Notes: a model not told the origin generated them from the letters alone. A stretch of 36,881 nt of DNA from Acutalibacteraceae bacterium (GCA_045603355.1 JAZULY010000095.1:1-36881), one strand, 5' to 3'. Positions 18,662 through 27,517 are shown, numbered from the stretch's first letter. Numbers and translations are program-made.

Positions 18662-19720
18662 TTACCTGTAAATGAGTTTTTTAATACATAACAATAGTAC
18701 ATAAATCAGTGCTGATGATTTATATTTTGCAGACAAGAAAAATATCTTCCAATGCACGGGCAGATATTTGTAATCTAATTTTTTATACGCATTTATATAT
18801 CTTTTTGATGATATAATCTCTTTTATAAGGCTGATTTTTTTGGCTCCGCCAAAGTCCCCCGACACAATATTAAGACCGAGACCAATAAGACTTAAAGCTA
18901 CTCGGTTATCGAGGGCATCGCGATAACTTTGCGGCAAATTGTTTTCTTCTATGTATGCGCTCATCTTATCAAACAGGGTTTGCCACTGTGAAAACAGCTT
19001 ATCCTTGTAGGTTACAGTAACCGAGCCGTCGTTGGTTTTTGTATAATGGTAAAGGCATTTTTTGATGTATACCGCTTTTTTCACATAATAGAGAGCATAC
19101 AAATTAAAAAGCGCGTCCTCTGTTCCGATTTCCTTTGTATCAACAAACCGAACATCGTTATTCAAAATATAGTCAGCTCGGTAGAGCTTATTCCAAACGG
19201 TCTCAAAGGCGTTTGCATAATCAGGATGTGCGAGTTCTTCATCTAAAAGCCCGCACAGTCTTCTGTGCAACTGATTTTTAACATCGTCTTCCCCGAAAAC
19301 GGTACCGTCTTCCCAGAAGAAATGCTTTTCCCGAGAGTAGTCACCGAAATCCCGCACATATGACCAGAATACCAAATCGGCGCCGTTTTCCTCGGCGGCT
19401 TTTACAGCGAGACTGCAGGTGTCGGGTTCAATATGGTCATCACTATCAACAAAGGTCAGGTATTTACCGTGTACCGCCCGAAGTCCCGTATTTCTCGCGC
19501 CCGAAAGTCCTTGATTCTCCTGATCAATAACAACTATTCGCGAGTCCGCGTGGGCGTACTGCTCTAAAATATCTCGGCTGCCGTCCGGACTACCGTCATT
19601 CACGCATATAATTTCGATATTCTCATATGTCTGGTTAATTATACTGTCAAGACATTTTTTCAGATACTTTTCAACCTTGTAAACCGGCACTATAATGCTG
19701 ATAAGCGGATTTTCCATCAT
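18662..19720 (-). CDS. Glycosyltransferase family 2
   Basis: LISIIVPVYKVEKYLKKCLDSIINQTYENIEIICVNDGSPDGS and VDSDD motifs. 352 aa. Confidence 0.8.
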   Translation of the reverse strand: MMENPLISIIVPVYKVEKYLKKCLDSIINQTYENIEIICVNDGSPDGSRDILEQYAHADSRIVVIDQENQGLSGARNTGLRAVHGKYLTFVDSDDHIEPDTCSLAVKAAEENGADLVFWSYVRDFGDYSREKHFFWEDGTVFGEDDVKNQLHRRLCGLLDEELAHPDYANAFETVWNKLYRADYILNNDVRFVDTKEIGTEDALFNLYALYYVKKAVYIKKCLYHYTKTNDGSVTVTYKDKLFSQWQTLFDKMSAYIEENNLPQSYRDALDNRVALSLIGLGLNIVSGDFGGAKKISLIKEIISSKRYINAYKKLDYKYLPVHWKIFFLSAKYKSSALIYVLLLCIKKLIYR

Positions 19721-19736
19721 CCGAACGCCCTCCTTT

Positions 19737-20825
19737 TCAAAGATTTTCTATAGTTTTTTGCACGACCTTTTGTTTATCGAAAACATTTTCCATATGCTCT
19801 CTGCCCTTAATTCCCATATCTCTTTTTTCACTAAATGATAACTCTGCAAAGCGTTTCATAGCGGCATACAGGCTATCACTATTCTGCTTTTCACAGAGAT
19901 AACCGCTCACCCCGTCTATTACCGCTTCTTTGCAACCGTGAATATTACTCGTAATAACGGGACGGCCGACGGCGGCATTCTCAAGATTCGTATTTGCCAT
20001 GCCCTCGTGCCAGGACGGCAGTACAAAACAGTGACACATCTCTATAAACGGACGAACATCATTTTGAAAGCCGTGATATTTAAGCCACCCTGCAGTCTCA
20101 TAGTCTGCTATTATTTTACTGTACTTTTCTTCATCATAAAAACCGAGAACGTGCAATTCGCACTCTATACCGTCATCTACCAGACGCTGTGTGGCGCAGA
20201 ACAGCTCATCAATGCCCTTTTCCTGCATTATTCTGCCTATAAAAAGGAATTTGACAGGTTTGTCGGCTGCGGGATAGGGCTTTACCTCGTACTGCTCGAG
20301 ATTAACACCTGCACCGTTTAGCACACAGCATTTTTCCTCTTTTATGATTTTTTCACCGACAAGGATATTTTTGTTTTCGGTATTCTCAAAAAACACCACC
20401 CTTGCGCCGCGAAGGGATAGCTTGTACATAAGCGTAACAAGTGTTCTGATGGGGCCTTTTTTCTGGAAGGCAGTACCGAGTCCCGTAATATTCGCGGCAT
20501 ACGGGATGCGCAACAGTCTTGCCGCAAACGCTCCGTATACATTCGGCTTTATGGTGTATGTAATAACGCGGTCGGGCTTCTCGTTTTTGAGTATTTTGAA
20601 ATATTTCAGAAAAAGAGAAAAATCGGTAACGGGATTTATACCTCGTCGGTCCATCGGTGTTTCTGTCAGGCGCACACCGAGCTTTTTAATTTCCTCTAAT
20701 TTTTCATCAAAGGGTATCAGCGCTACGACCTCGTCACCGTTCTCTACTATTTTTGACATAAGTTCTTTACGGAAGAGATAAAGACCTGCTGAATTATTAC
20801 CGATAAACAGTGTTTTATTAGCCAT
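19737..20825 (-). CDS. Glycosyltransferase family 4 (PglA/EpsD-like; likely adds the second sugar onto the lipid-linked bacillosamine-type primer)
   Basis: 362 aa. LPSWHEGMANTNLENAAVGRPVI motif. Positioned directly after the acetyltransferase/PGT/aminotransferase block. Confidence 0.75.
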   Translation of the reverse strand: MANKTLFIGNNSAGLYLFRKELMSKIVENGDEVVALIPFDEKLEEIKKLGVRLTETPMDRRGINPVTDFSLFLKYFKILKNEKPDRVITYTIKPNVYGAFAARLLRIPYAANITGLGTAFQKKGPIRTLVTLMYKLSLRGARVVFFENTENKNILVGEKIIKEEKCCVLNGAGVNLEQYEVKPYPAADKPVKFLFIGRIMQEKGIDELFCATQRLVDDGIECELHVLGFYDEEKYSKIIADYETAGWLKYHGFQNDVRPFIEMCHCFVLPSWHEGMANTNLENAAVGRPVITSNIHGCKEAVIDGVSGYLCEKQNSDSLYAAMKRFAELSFSEKRDMGIKGREHMENVFDKQKVVQKTIENL

Positions 20826-20836
20826 TTTATCCTCCG

Positions 20837-21451
20837 TTACTTGATTTTTACCGCAGGCACACCGACATATGTGCCGGCCTCGGTAATATCCTTTATTGCG
20901 ACAGCACCGGCACCTAAATAGGCACCGGAGCAGATATTTACATCGTTAATAACAGCGGCACCCGCGCCAATCCAGGTGTGTTCGCCGACACTGACAGTGC
21001 CACAAAGATGCGCGCCCACCGCTATATGAACGTAATTTTCAATTTTGTTATCGTGGTCGACAGACGCGCAGGTATTAATAATAACACCGCGTGCTATAAC
21101 CGTGTCTACACCTACAACTGCGCCTGCCATAACCACGCTTCCCTCTCCTATAACCGAGTTTTTGCCTATTACGGCGCTCGGATGAATAAGGGTTGCTATC
21201 TCTGCGCCGCCGTTTTTAAGCTCACACATTAATTTTTCGCGCACGGCAGCATTACCGACGGCAACAAAAAATTCTGCACTATCGGTAAATTTAATAAAAT
21301 CAGACGTTTTGCCAAGAACCTCGAAGTCTGAGACCTTTTCGGATTTATCATCAAGAAAAGCTATCTTTTCGTACCTATTCAATTTTTCGGCGATATCGGC
21401 TACGGCTCTTCCGTGACCGCCGCCACCCAAAATCAATAAGACTTTTTTCAC
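20837..21451 (-). CDS. NeuD/PglD/EpsM-type sugar N-acetyltransferase (left-handed beta-helix)
   Basis: N-terminal Rossmann-like LLILGGGGHGRAVADIAE followed by hexapeptide repeats (IGEGSVVMAGAVVGVDTVIARGVIINT...). 204 aa. Confidence 0.8.
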   Translation of the reverse strand: MKKVLLILGGGGHGRAVADIAEKLNRYEKIAFLDDKSEKVSDFEVLGKTSDFIKFTDSAEFFVAVGNAAVREKLMCELKNGGAEIATLIHPSAVIGKNSVIGEGSVVMAGAVVGVDTVIARGVIINTCASVDHDNKIENYVHIAVGAHLCGTVSVGEHTWIGAGAAVINDVNICSGAYLGAGAVAIKDITEAGTYVGVPAVKIK

Positions 21452-21464
21452 TGACTACCCTTCT

Positions 21465-22103
21465 TTATCTATGTATTGCAGGCTGCTCGACGGCAGGCTC
21501 CTTCGTGCCCTCAAACGGTTCCATTGTTTCACTCGTTGCCGAGGATATGCCTTTTTGACCAAAAACGGCACCGACGGTTTGAAGAATAATTTTGATATCC
21601 CCGAGGAAGGTGATATTGTTTACATACTCAACGTCCATATCAAAACGTTCTTCCCAGGAAAGGGCGTTTCTGCCGTTTGCCTGCGCAAGACCAGTAAGGC
21701 CGGGACGTACCTCGTGGCGGCGGCGCTGATGCTCGTTATAAAGCGGCAGATACCGCACAAGCAGCGGGCGCGGACCGACAATGGACATATCGCCCTTGAG
21801 AATGTTTATAAGCTCGGGCAACTCGTCAAGCGAGGTTGCTCGCAGGAATTTACCGTAACGCGTCAGTCGCACCTCGTCGGGTAGCAGGTTACCCTGCTCG
21901 TCGGTCTCGGTTGTCATGGTTCTGAACTTAATTAATCTGAATATTTTTTCATTTTTACCGGGTCGCAGCTGTGTAAAGAAGGGGTTGCCCTTCATTTGTA
22001 CGGCGGTAAGCAGGATAAGGATAATCATTATCGGGGACAGTACCGATAATGCCAGCAGTGACAGCGTGAAATCAATAACACGCTTGAAAAATTTATTATA
22101 CAC
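21465..22103 (-). CDS. Small monotopic phosphoglycosyl transferase (bacterial sugar transferase, PglC/EpsL-like); initiating enzyme
   Basis: FKRVIDFTLSLLAL re-entrant helix, FRLIKFRTM, and LDELPELINILKGDMSIVGPRP with the DE catalytic dyad. 212 aa. Confidence 0.85.
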   Translation of the reverse strand: MYNKFFKRVIDFTLSLLALSVLSPIMIILILLTAVQMKGNPFFTQLRPGKNEKIFRLIKFRTMTTETDEQGNLLPDEVRLTRYGKFLRATSLDELPELINILKGDMSIVGPRPLLVRYLPLYNEHQRRRHEVRPGLTGLAQANGRNALSWEERFDMDVEYVNNITFLGDIKIILQTVGAVFGQKGISSATSETMEPFEGTKEPAVEQPAIHR

Positions 22104-22128
22104 TCTTATGTACCCCTAAAATCGAAAT

Positions 22129-23262
22129 TTAAAAGCATTCCTTGACAGCTTTAATTACGCGCTGAATTTCATCATCTGTCATCTTGATATCAGACGGCAG
22201 GCAGAGTCCGCGTGCGAAGATGTCTTCATCGACAGAGCTCTCTGCGACAGAGATAAAGTCGTACCCTGCGAATACGGGTTGCATATGCATAGGCTTCCAG
22301 ATAGGGCGGGATTCTATATTAAGCGAGTTAAGGTGATTTAAAATATCCATAGGGCTCACACCGCACCCTTTGTCAACCGTAAAACAGGACAGCCAGAAGT
22401 TCGGCACGCTGTCCTCTAAATAAGGATTCATAGTAATGGGAAGGTCACGGAACGCCTCTTTGTAGCAGTTGTAAATTTCTGCCTTGCGCTCGCGGTGCTC
22501 GTCTAAATGCAGAAGCTGACCGCGGCCAATACCTGCACAGACATTCGAAAGGCGGTAATTATAGCCTATCTCGTTATGCTCGTACCACGGCTTCGGCTCT
22601 CGCGACTGTGTTGCCCAGAAGAATGCCTTTTTACGGGTTTCGGCTGATTTCGTTATAAGCATACCGCCGCCCGATGTTGTAATAATTTTATTTCCGTTAA
22701 AGCTGATGGCTGAATATGTACCGAAGCTGCCGCACTGTTTACCCTTGTAGGTGGCTGAGAGTGCCTCGGCTGCGTCCTCAATAAGCACCGCACCGTGACG
22801 GTTGCAGATTTCTATGATTTCATCCATCTTAGCGGGTACGCCATAAAGATGCACAAGCATTACTGCATTAGCATTCGGATATTTTTCGAAAGCCTTCTCG
22901 AGCGCCGCAGGATCCATATTCCAGGTATCTGCCTCGCTGTCAATAAACACCTGACGCGCACCCTCATAAGAAATCGGATTGACCGTTGCGGAGAAGGTCA
23001 TATCAGAGCAGAGCACTATATCGCCCTGTTTAATACCCGCGAGCTTTACCGCAAGATGCAGAGCCGATGTGCCGCTGCATAGCGACAATGTATGAAGCTG
23101 CTCACCCGTGTCACCCGTCAGATATTCTGCAATACTCTCCTCGAGCGCATCACAGTTGAAGCCGAGTGGTGCCAGCCAGTTTTTATCGAAAGCCTCGCGT
23201 ACGTATTCAAGTTCTTCACCGTGCATGGTTGGTGTTGACAACCATATTCTTTTGTTTTCCAT
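22129..23262 (-). CDS. DegT/DnrJ/EryC1/StrS-family PLP aminotransferase (PglE/EpsN-like, UDP-4-keto-6-deoxy-HexNAc 4-aminotransferase)
   Basis: IWLSTPTMHGEELEYVREAFDKNWLAPLG N-terminus. Conserved FNGNKIITTSGGG with the Schiff-base Lys. I prefer ATG 23262 (MENKR, AAGGA upstream) to the track start 23295, which lies in the probable 5' UTR. Confidence 0.85.
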   Translation of the reverse strand: MENKRIWLSTPTMHGEELEYVREAFDKNWLAPLGFNCDALEESIAEYLTGDTGEQLHTLSLCSGTSALHLAVKLAGIKQGDIVLCSDMTFSATVNPISYEGARQVFIDSEADTWNMDPAALEKAFEKYPNANAVMLVHLYGVPAKMDEIIEICNRHGAVLIEDAAEALSATYKGKQCGSFGTYSAISFNGNKIITTSGGGMLITKSAETRKKAFFWATQSREPKPWYEHNEIGYNYRLSNVCAGIGRGQLLHLDEHRERKAEIYNCYKEAFRDLPITMNPYLEDSVPNFWLSCFTVDKGCGVSPMDILNHLNSLNIESRPIWKPMHMQPVFAGYDFISVAESSVDEDIFARGLCLPSDIKMTDDEIQRVIKAVKECF

Positions 23263-23309
23263 AATACCTGTCCTTTTACTCATAAAAATAAACACAAAAA
23301 ACCATTAAA

Positions 23310-23338
23310 ATTTTATCACATATATGTCGGTTTGTCAA
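23310..23338 (-). promoter_or_regulatory. Sigma-A-type promoter of the polysaccharide operon
   Basis: On the minus strand TTGACA (23338-23333), 17 nt spacer, TAAAAT (23315-23310). A very AT-rich (TA)n tract at 23341-23363 lies upstream of the -35. Confidence 0.5.
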
Positions 23339-23389
23339 ATATTTATATATATATTAATATATACCGTGAAAATTATGTAAATTTTTGTA

Positions 23390-23423
23390 AAAAAATCAGG
23401 GTGTCCGGTCTCGCCGAACACCC
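23390..23423 (-). terminator. Rho-independent terminator after the IMPase-family gene
   Basis: Minus-strand GGGTGTTCGG-CGAGA-CCGGACACCC hairpin followed by TGATTTTTTT. Confidence 0.65.
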
Positions 23424-23427
23424 CCGT

Positions 23428-24207
23428 TTAATACAGTTTTTCCGGTATTTCTTTGTAAACAATTTCTTTTAGCTTTTCGAAGTTTTCCTTAGTGTTTGCC
23501 GCTATTACACCGAAGGGGTGGCTTAGCGGCAGTGAAGTATAAAACATAAATTCTACATACCCGCCCGCCTCTTTTATTATAAGCGCTGCCGCGGCTACAT
23601 CCCACGGGAAAAGGCGGATTTCAAAGTAGAGTTCGACCCTACCTGCGGCGAGCTGTGCCATCTCGAGCGCCGCCGAGCCGAGACGACGCATATCGTCACA
23701 TTCTGCATAGACGCGCTCGATTATATTAAAGCAGGGCTTTGCCCATCTTTTGTCATAAAGGCTCATCGCAGAGCAGAGATGCGAATGGGCAAAATCGTTG
23801 TTTGATACCGTGATTTTCTCACCGTTTTTGTATGTCCCTTTGCCTTTTTCGGCATAGAACATTTCGTCCCGCTCGGGGTGGTAAACAACGCCGAGATACG
23901 GCTCTTTATTTTTAAGCAAAGCCACCGAAATTACGCTGAGTCCCAAATCTCTTATGAAGTTTGAGGTGCCGTCAATGGGGTCAATTACCCATATGTATTC
24001 GCTGTCGGTCTCGCTCTGCTCACCCTCTTCGCCAAGCACCTGACTGTCGGGTAAAAGTTCGGTAAGCCTCGCGGTCAAAAACTCTTGTACCGCAATATCG
24101 GCAGAGGTAACGTAATTTGACACATTCCCCTTCTGCTCAATATTTATATTTCTGTCCTTAATAATTTTCGCCGCTTCGCGCACGAATTGTATAACCTTTT
24201 CTGTCAT
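23428..24207 (-). CDS. Inositol monophosphatase family protein (SuhB-like sugar phosphatase)
   Basis: WVIDPIDGTSNF and PWDVAAAALI motifs of the IMPase/FBPase-like family. 259 aa. Confidence 0.85.
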   Translation of the reverse strand: MTEKVIQFVREAAKIIKDRNINIEQKGNVSNYVTSADIAVQEFLTARLTELLPDSQVLGEEGEQSETDSEYIWVIDPIDGTSNFIRDLGLSVISVALLKNKEPYLGVVYHPERDEMFYAEKGKGTYKNGEKITVSNNDFAHSHLCSAMSLYDKRWAKPCFNIIERVYAECDDMRRLGSAALEMAQLAAGRVELYFEIRLFPWDVAAAALIIKEAGGYVEFMFYTSLPLSHPFGVIAANTKENFEKLKEIVYKEIPEKLY

Positions 24208-24208
24208 T

Positions 24209-25102
24209 TTATTCCCGTCCTAAAAATTTTTGTATATCCTCTTGTGTTGCGAGGTCTTCTTTCTCTGCCGTTGCGGCGCCTGCGGCCGTGCCGAGGGTTA
24301 AAGCGAAACCGTAATCCCTCTCCACACCTACAATAAAGCCTGCAACCATAGAGTCACCCGCGCCGACGGGGTTTACCGCCTTAATTTTAAAGGCTTCTTT
24401 GCGGAGAATAGCGCCGTTTTCATCGAGCAGCAGCGCACCCTTGTCCCCTAATGAGACCAAAACATTCCGAGCGCCCTTATTTTTTAACTGCCACGCGGCG
24501 GATATAATATCTTCATCCGTTTTAAGGGGTTTATCTGCCAATTCTTCGAGCTCGGGCAAATTCGGTTTTATTAAAAACGGCTTATAATGCAGTGCTGATA
24601 GCAACGCGTCCCCCGTAGTATCGAGAACTACCCGTATATCCCTGTCTGTCAATTTTGAGAGTATGATTTCATATATATTACTAGGCGCGCCGCGCGGTAT
24701 ACTGCCCGATAAAACTAAAGTGTCCCCATCGGTAATTTGTTCGAGTTTTATGAGCAAATCCCCTATATTTTTATCGGTCACTGTGGGGCCTGCGGCGTTA
24801 ATTTCGGTGGCTGAGTCACCCTTTAGTTTTACATTGATTCTCGTGTTATCGTCTATTACAGTAAAGTCTGTTTTAATGCCCTTCTGTTTCAGAAAACTCT
24901 CGAGCGCAGAGCCCGTAAATCCGCCGATAAAGCCGAGTGCGACGCTCTGTCTCCCGAGAGCCTTTAGCACACGCGATACGTTTACACCCTTGCCGCCGAA
25001 AAATATTTTTTCACGGGTACTACGGTGAGTTTCACCCACACTTATATTGTCAGCCTGCATAACCAGGTCGAGCGCAGGATTAAGAGTTAGAGTATATATC
25101 AA
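24209..25102 (-). CDS. PfkB-family hexose-phosphate kinase (1-phosphofructokinase / tagatose-6-phosphate kinase type)
   Basis: TTG start. MIYTLTLNPALD N-terminus, GGKGVNVS, and C-terminal VNPVGAGDSMVAGF (PfkB signature 2). 297 aa. Confidence 0.85.
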   Translation of the reverse strand: MIYTLTLNPALDLVMQADNISVGETHRSTREKIFFGGKGVNVSRVLKALGRQSVALGFIGGFTGSALESFLKQKGIKTDFTVIDDNTRINVKLKGDSATEINAAGPTVTDKNIGDLLIKLEQITDGDTLVLSGSIPRGAPSNIYEIILSKLTDRDIRVVLDTTGDALLSALHYKPFLIKPNLPELEELADKPLKTDEDIISAAWQLKNKGARNVLVSLGDKGALLLDENGAILRKEAFKIKAVNPVGAGDSMVAGFIVGVERDYGFALTLGTAAGAATAEKEDLATQEDIQKFLGRE

Positions 25103-25166
25103 TTATATCACCGCCTTTTTGATTAATATATTATATTTTTGCAGATATATCAAGCGTTTATTTTAA

Positions 25167-25195
25167 TTGACATAATTGTTTTAAGGGGTTATAAT
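25167..25195 (+). promoter_or_regulatory. Sigma-A-type promoter for galT
   Basis: TTGACA (25167-25172), 17 nt spacer, TATAAT (25190-25195), about 30 nt upstream of the GTG start with an AGGGGA SD. Confidence 0.5.
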
Positions 25196-25225
25196 TAATT
25201 ATATTTTTATTTAGGGGATATCAGA

Positions 25226-26719
25226 GTGATTTATAGCAGCATTAAAAAATTAGTATCATACGGTCTCGAAAAAGGCTTTTTCGAACGCCAGGACACGGTT
25301 TATATCACCAACCGTATTATCGATGCGCTGGGTCTTGATGAATTTGAGGATAACGGCAAAGAGTACAGTGATGTTGATATTGAGTCGACCCTCGGCGAAA
25401 TTCTCGACTATGCGGTAGAGAAAGGCATTATAGAGGACAGTATCGTTTACCGCGACCTTTTTGATACGCGCATTATGGGTCTTATGATACCGCGCCCGAG
25501 CGAGGTTACTAAGAAATTTTACGAATTGTATGAAGCCAACCCTGTCGATGCGACCGATTATTTTTACCGCCTCAGCTGCGACTCTGATTATATCCGCCGC
25601 TACCGCATAAAAAAGGATTTAAAATGGCTGACCGAGACCGAATACGGTGAACTTGAAATTACAGTTAATCTCTCGAAACCCGAAAAGGACCCAAAAGCCA
25701 TCGCAGCCGCTAAGGCAGCGCCGCAGGCAGGTTATCCGAAATGCCTGCTTTGTAAGGAAAACGAGGGGTATGCAGGCAGAGTCAACTCCCCTGCCAGACA
25801 AAACCACAGAATCATCCCCGTTACCATTAACTCGCAACCGTGGATGTTCCAGTATTCCCCCTATGTTTATTACAACGAGCACTGCATCGTGTTTAACTCT
25901 TTACACACACCCATGCAGATAAATAACGATACCTTCGTAAAACTTTTCGATTTCGTTAAGCTTTTCCCGCATTACTTTGTGGGCTCGAATGCCGATCTGC
26001 CGATCGTCGGCGGGTCAATTTTAAGTCACGACCATTTTCAGGGCGGTCACCACACCTTTGCTATGGCTAAAGCCCCTATAGAGCACAGCGTTAATTTTGA
26101 GGGCTACGAGGATATCGAGGCAGGTATCGTTAAATGGCCGATGTCGGTAATTCGTCTGCGCGCCGATAATACCGAGCGTATTATAGAGCTCGCGCGCAAG
26201 ATTTTAGCCGCTTGGCGTGGCTACACCGATGAGGATGCTTTTATATTCGCAGAAACAGACGGTGAGCCACACAACACCATCACCCCCATCGCCCGCAAAA
26301 ACGGGGATAAATTCGAGCTTGATTTGGTGCTGAGAAATAATATCACGACCGACGAGCATCCTTTAGGTGTATATCATCCCCACGCAGAGCTTCATAACAT
26401 AAAGAAGGAAAATATCGGTCTTATCGAGGTTATGGGTCTGGCGGTTCTGCCCGCAAGGCTGAAAACCGAAATTGCAGGGCTGTGCGACGCTATCGTAAAC
26501 GGTAAGGATATCTGCGCCGACGAGACTCTCTGCAAACACACCGAATGGGTAAAAGAATTTACGGCAAAATATGATGATATTAATAAAGACAATGTCGAAG
26601 ATATCGTGAAACGCGAAATCGGTATTGTTTTCTCCAAGGTACTTGAGCACGCGGGTGTTTACAAACGCGACGCGAAAGGCATCGCCGCATTCAAGAAATT
26701 CATCGCTTCGGTAAAATAG
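25226..26719 (+). CDS. galT: UDP-glucose--hexose-1-phosphate uridylyltransferase (galactose-1-phosphate uridylyltransferase, long Firmicutes type)
   Basis: 497 aa, GTG start. SILSHDHFQGGHH active-site motif and length fit the class-2 GalT of Gram-positives. Confidence 0.9.
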   Translation: MIYSSIKKLVSYGLEKGFFERQDTVYITNRIIDALGLDEFEDNGKEYSDVDIESTLGEILDYAVEKGIIEDSIVYRDLFDTRIMGLMIPRPSEVTKKFYELYEANPVDATDYFYRLSCDSDYIRRYRIKKDLKWLTETEYGELEITVNLSKPEKDPKAIAAAKAAPQAGYPKCLLCKENEGYAGRVNSPARQNHRIIPVTINSQPWMFQYSPYVYYNEHCIVFNSLHTPMQINNDTFVKLFDFVKLFPHYFVGSNADLPIVGGSILSHDHFQGGHHTFAMAKAPIEHSVNFEGYEDIEAGIVKWPMSVIRLRADNTERIIELARKILAAWRGYTDEDAFIFAETDGEPHNTITPIARKNGDKFELDLVLRNNITTDEHPLGVYHPHAELHNIKKENIGLIEVMGLAVLPARLKTEIAGLCDAIVNGKDICADETLCKHTEWVKEFTAKYDDINKDNVEDIVKREIGIVFSKVLEHAGVYKRDAKGIAAFKKFIASVK

Positions 26720-26727
26720 ATAAAAAT

Positions 26728-26759
26728 AAAAACGGCACTCGAAAGAGTGCCGTTTTTGA
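26728..26759. terminator. Bidirectional Rho-independent terminator between convergent galT and the DUF4234 gene
   Basis: AAAAACGGCACTC-GAAA-GAGTGCCGTTTTT: a perfect 10-bp stem flanked by A and T tracts. Confidence 0.75.
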
Positions 26760-26768
26760 TTATGTAGC

Positions 26769-27164
26769 TTACTGCTGAACCTTTGAATTGTAGTCTGCAG
26801 CTAAGAGGTTCATAGCCTTGCACAGCTTGTGAACATATACAAGCGGGCCAACGCCGATTAATGAACCGAGAATGCACCAACCCCAGTAAGAGCCTGCGCC
26901 GAAGCTGTAGGAAATACCGCGAGCGGAGAGCTCGTTACCGATTCTTGCAGAAATTCTGTGGTACCAAACGATGGGTGCGATACCAAGGGTAAGCCAAGAG
27001 AAGATAAAGAAAAGCAAGCAGTAATGCATTGTCTTCTTACCGTCCTTGCCGCCTACGATAACGTTGATATCCTCAGAAATACCCGAGAACATAACGATAC
27101 TGTAGATACCGAAAGTAACGATGGTCAAAAGAATGAACTTGAGTAAACCGCGATTTGTTTTCAT
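26769..27164 (-). CDS. DUF4234-like small membrane protein
   Basis: 131 aa. LLKFILLTIVTFGIYSIVMF N-terminal segment and WYHRISARIGNEL resemble DUF4234. Strong SD GAGGAGG. Confidence 0.55.
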   Translation of the reverse strand: MKTNRGLLKFILLTIVTFGIYSIVMFSGISEDINVIVGGKDGKKTMHYCLLFFIFSWLTLGIAPIVWYHRISARIGNELSARGISYSFGAGSYWGWCILGSLIGVGPLVYVHKLCKAMNLLAADYNSKVQQ

Positions 27165-27249
27165 TTATGAATACCTCCTCAAAAATGGTATTTTAATTAT
27201 ACCTTATTTCGACAAATTTTGCAACTGTACAATTTAATAAAAAAAACAC

Positions 27250-27278
27250 TTGATTTTTGTGACTCTCGTATGTATAAT
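27250..27278 (+). promoter_or_regulatory. Sigma-A-type promoter for tRNA-Ser
   Basis: TTGATT (27250-27255), 17 nt spacer, TATAAT (27273-27278). The tRNA begins 22 nt downstream. Confidence 0.6.
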
Positions 27279-27299
27279 ATATGGGTGTCAATAAAACAC

Positions 27300-27392
27300 G
27301 GAGATGTCGCCTAGTCCGGTCGAGGGCGCACGATTGGAAATCGTGTAACGGTTAACAGCTGTTCGAGAGTTCGAATCTCTCCATCCCCGCCA
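27300..27392 (+). tRNA. tRNA-Ser (anticodon GGA), type II with long variable arm, CCA encoded
   Basis: GGAGATG acceptor. Anticodon stem CACGA/TCGTG with loop TTGGAAA (GGA). Long extra arm AACGGTTAACAGCTGTT. T-arm GAGAG-TTCGAAT-CTCTC. 3' CATCCCC-G-CCA, with one A-C mismatch in the acceptor stem. Confidence 0.9.
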
Positions 27393-27517
27393 AAATCGGC
27401 AGGTTTCGATAGAAGCCTTTCGATTTTACTTTTTACCTCTTCACTCTTCACTTTTCACTATTCTCTTACTGTCGATTTTGGCGGAAGTAATAAGTAATAG
27501 TGAATAGTGAAGAAGTA
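27387..27517 (+). repeat. Composite inverted-repeat element overlapping the tRNA-Ser 3' end: a 16-nt inverted copy of the tRNA end/trailer plus two inverted arms built of 7-nt tandem repeats
   Basis: 27387-27402 CCGCCAAAATCGGCAG pairs with 27469-27484 CTGTCGATTTTGGCGG (16 bp, one G-U on the + strand). Left arm has TTCACT at 27440, 27447 and 27454 and TTCTCT at 27461. Right arm has AGTAAT at 27486 and 27493 and AGTGAA at 27499 and 27506, all at period 7. Confidence 0.6.

Noticed and set aside
22129-23295. Longer N-terminal extensions given by the ORF track for several genes (23295, 34254, 36426, 35429, 14406)
   Set aside because: In each case an internal ATG is preceded by a much better Shine-Dalgarno sequence and coincides with the conserved family N-terminus. 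The extensions run into promoter, operator or upstream-gene sequence.
27436-27517. Heptad tandem repeats considered as a CRISPR array or minisatellite
   Set aside because: The repeat unit is only 7 nt with no spacers and there are no cas genes. The two blocks are inverted complements of each other, so this is a hairpin-forming or iteron-like element, not a CRISPR array.
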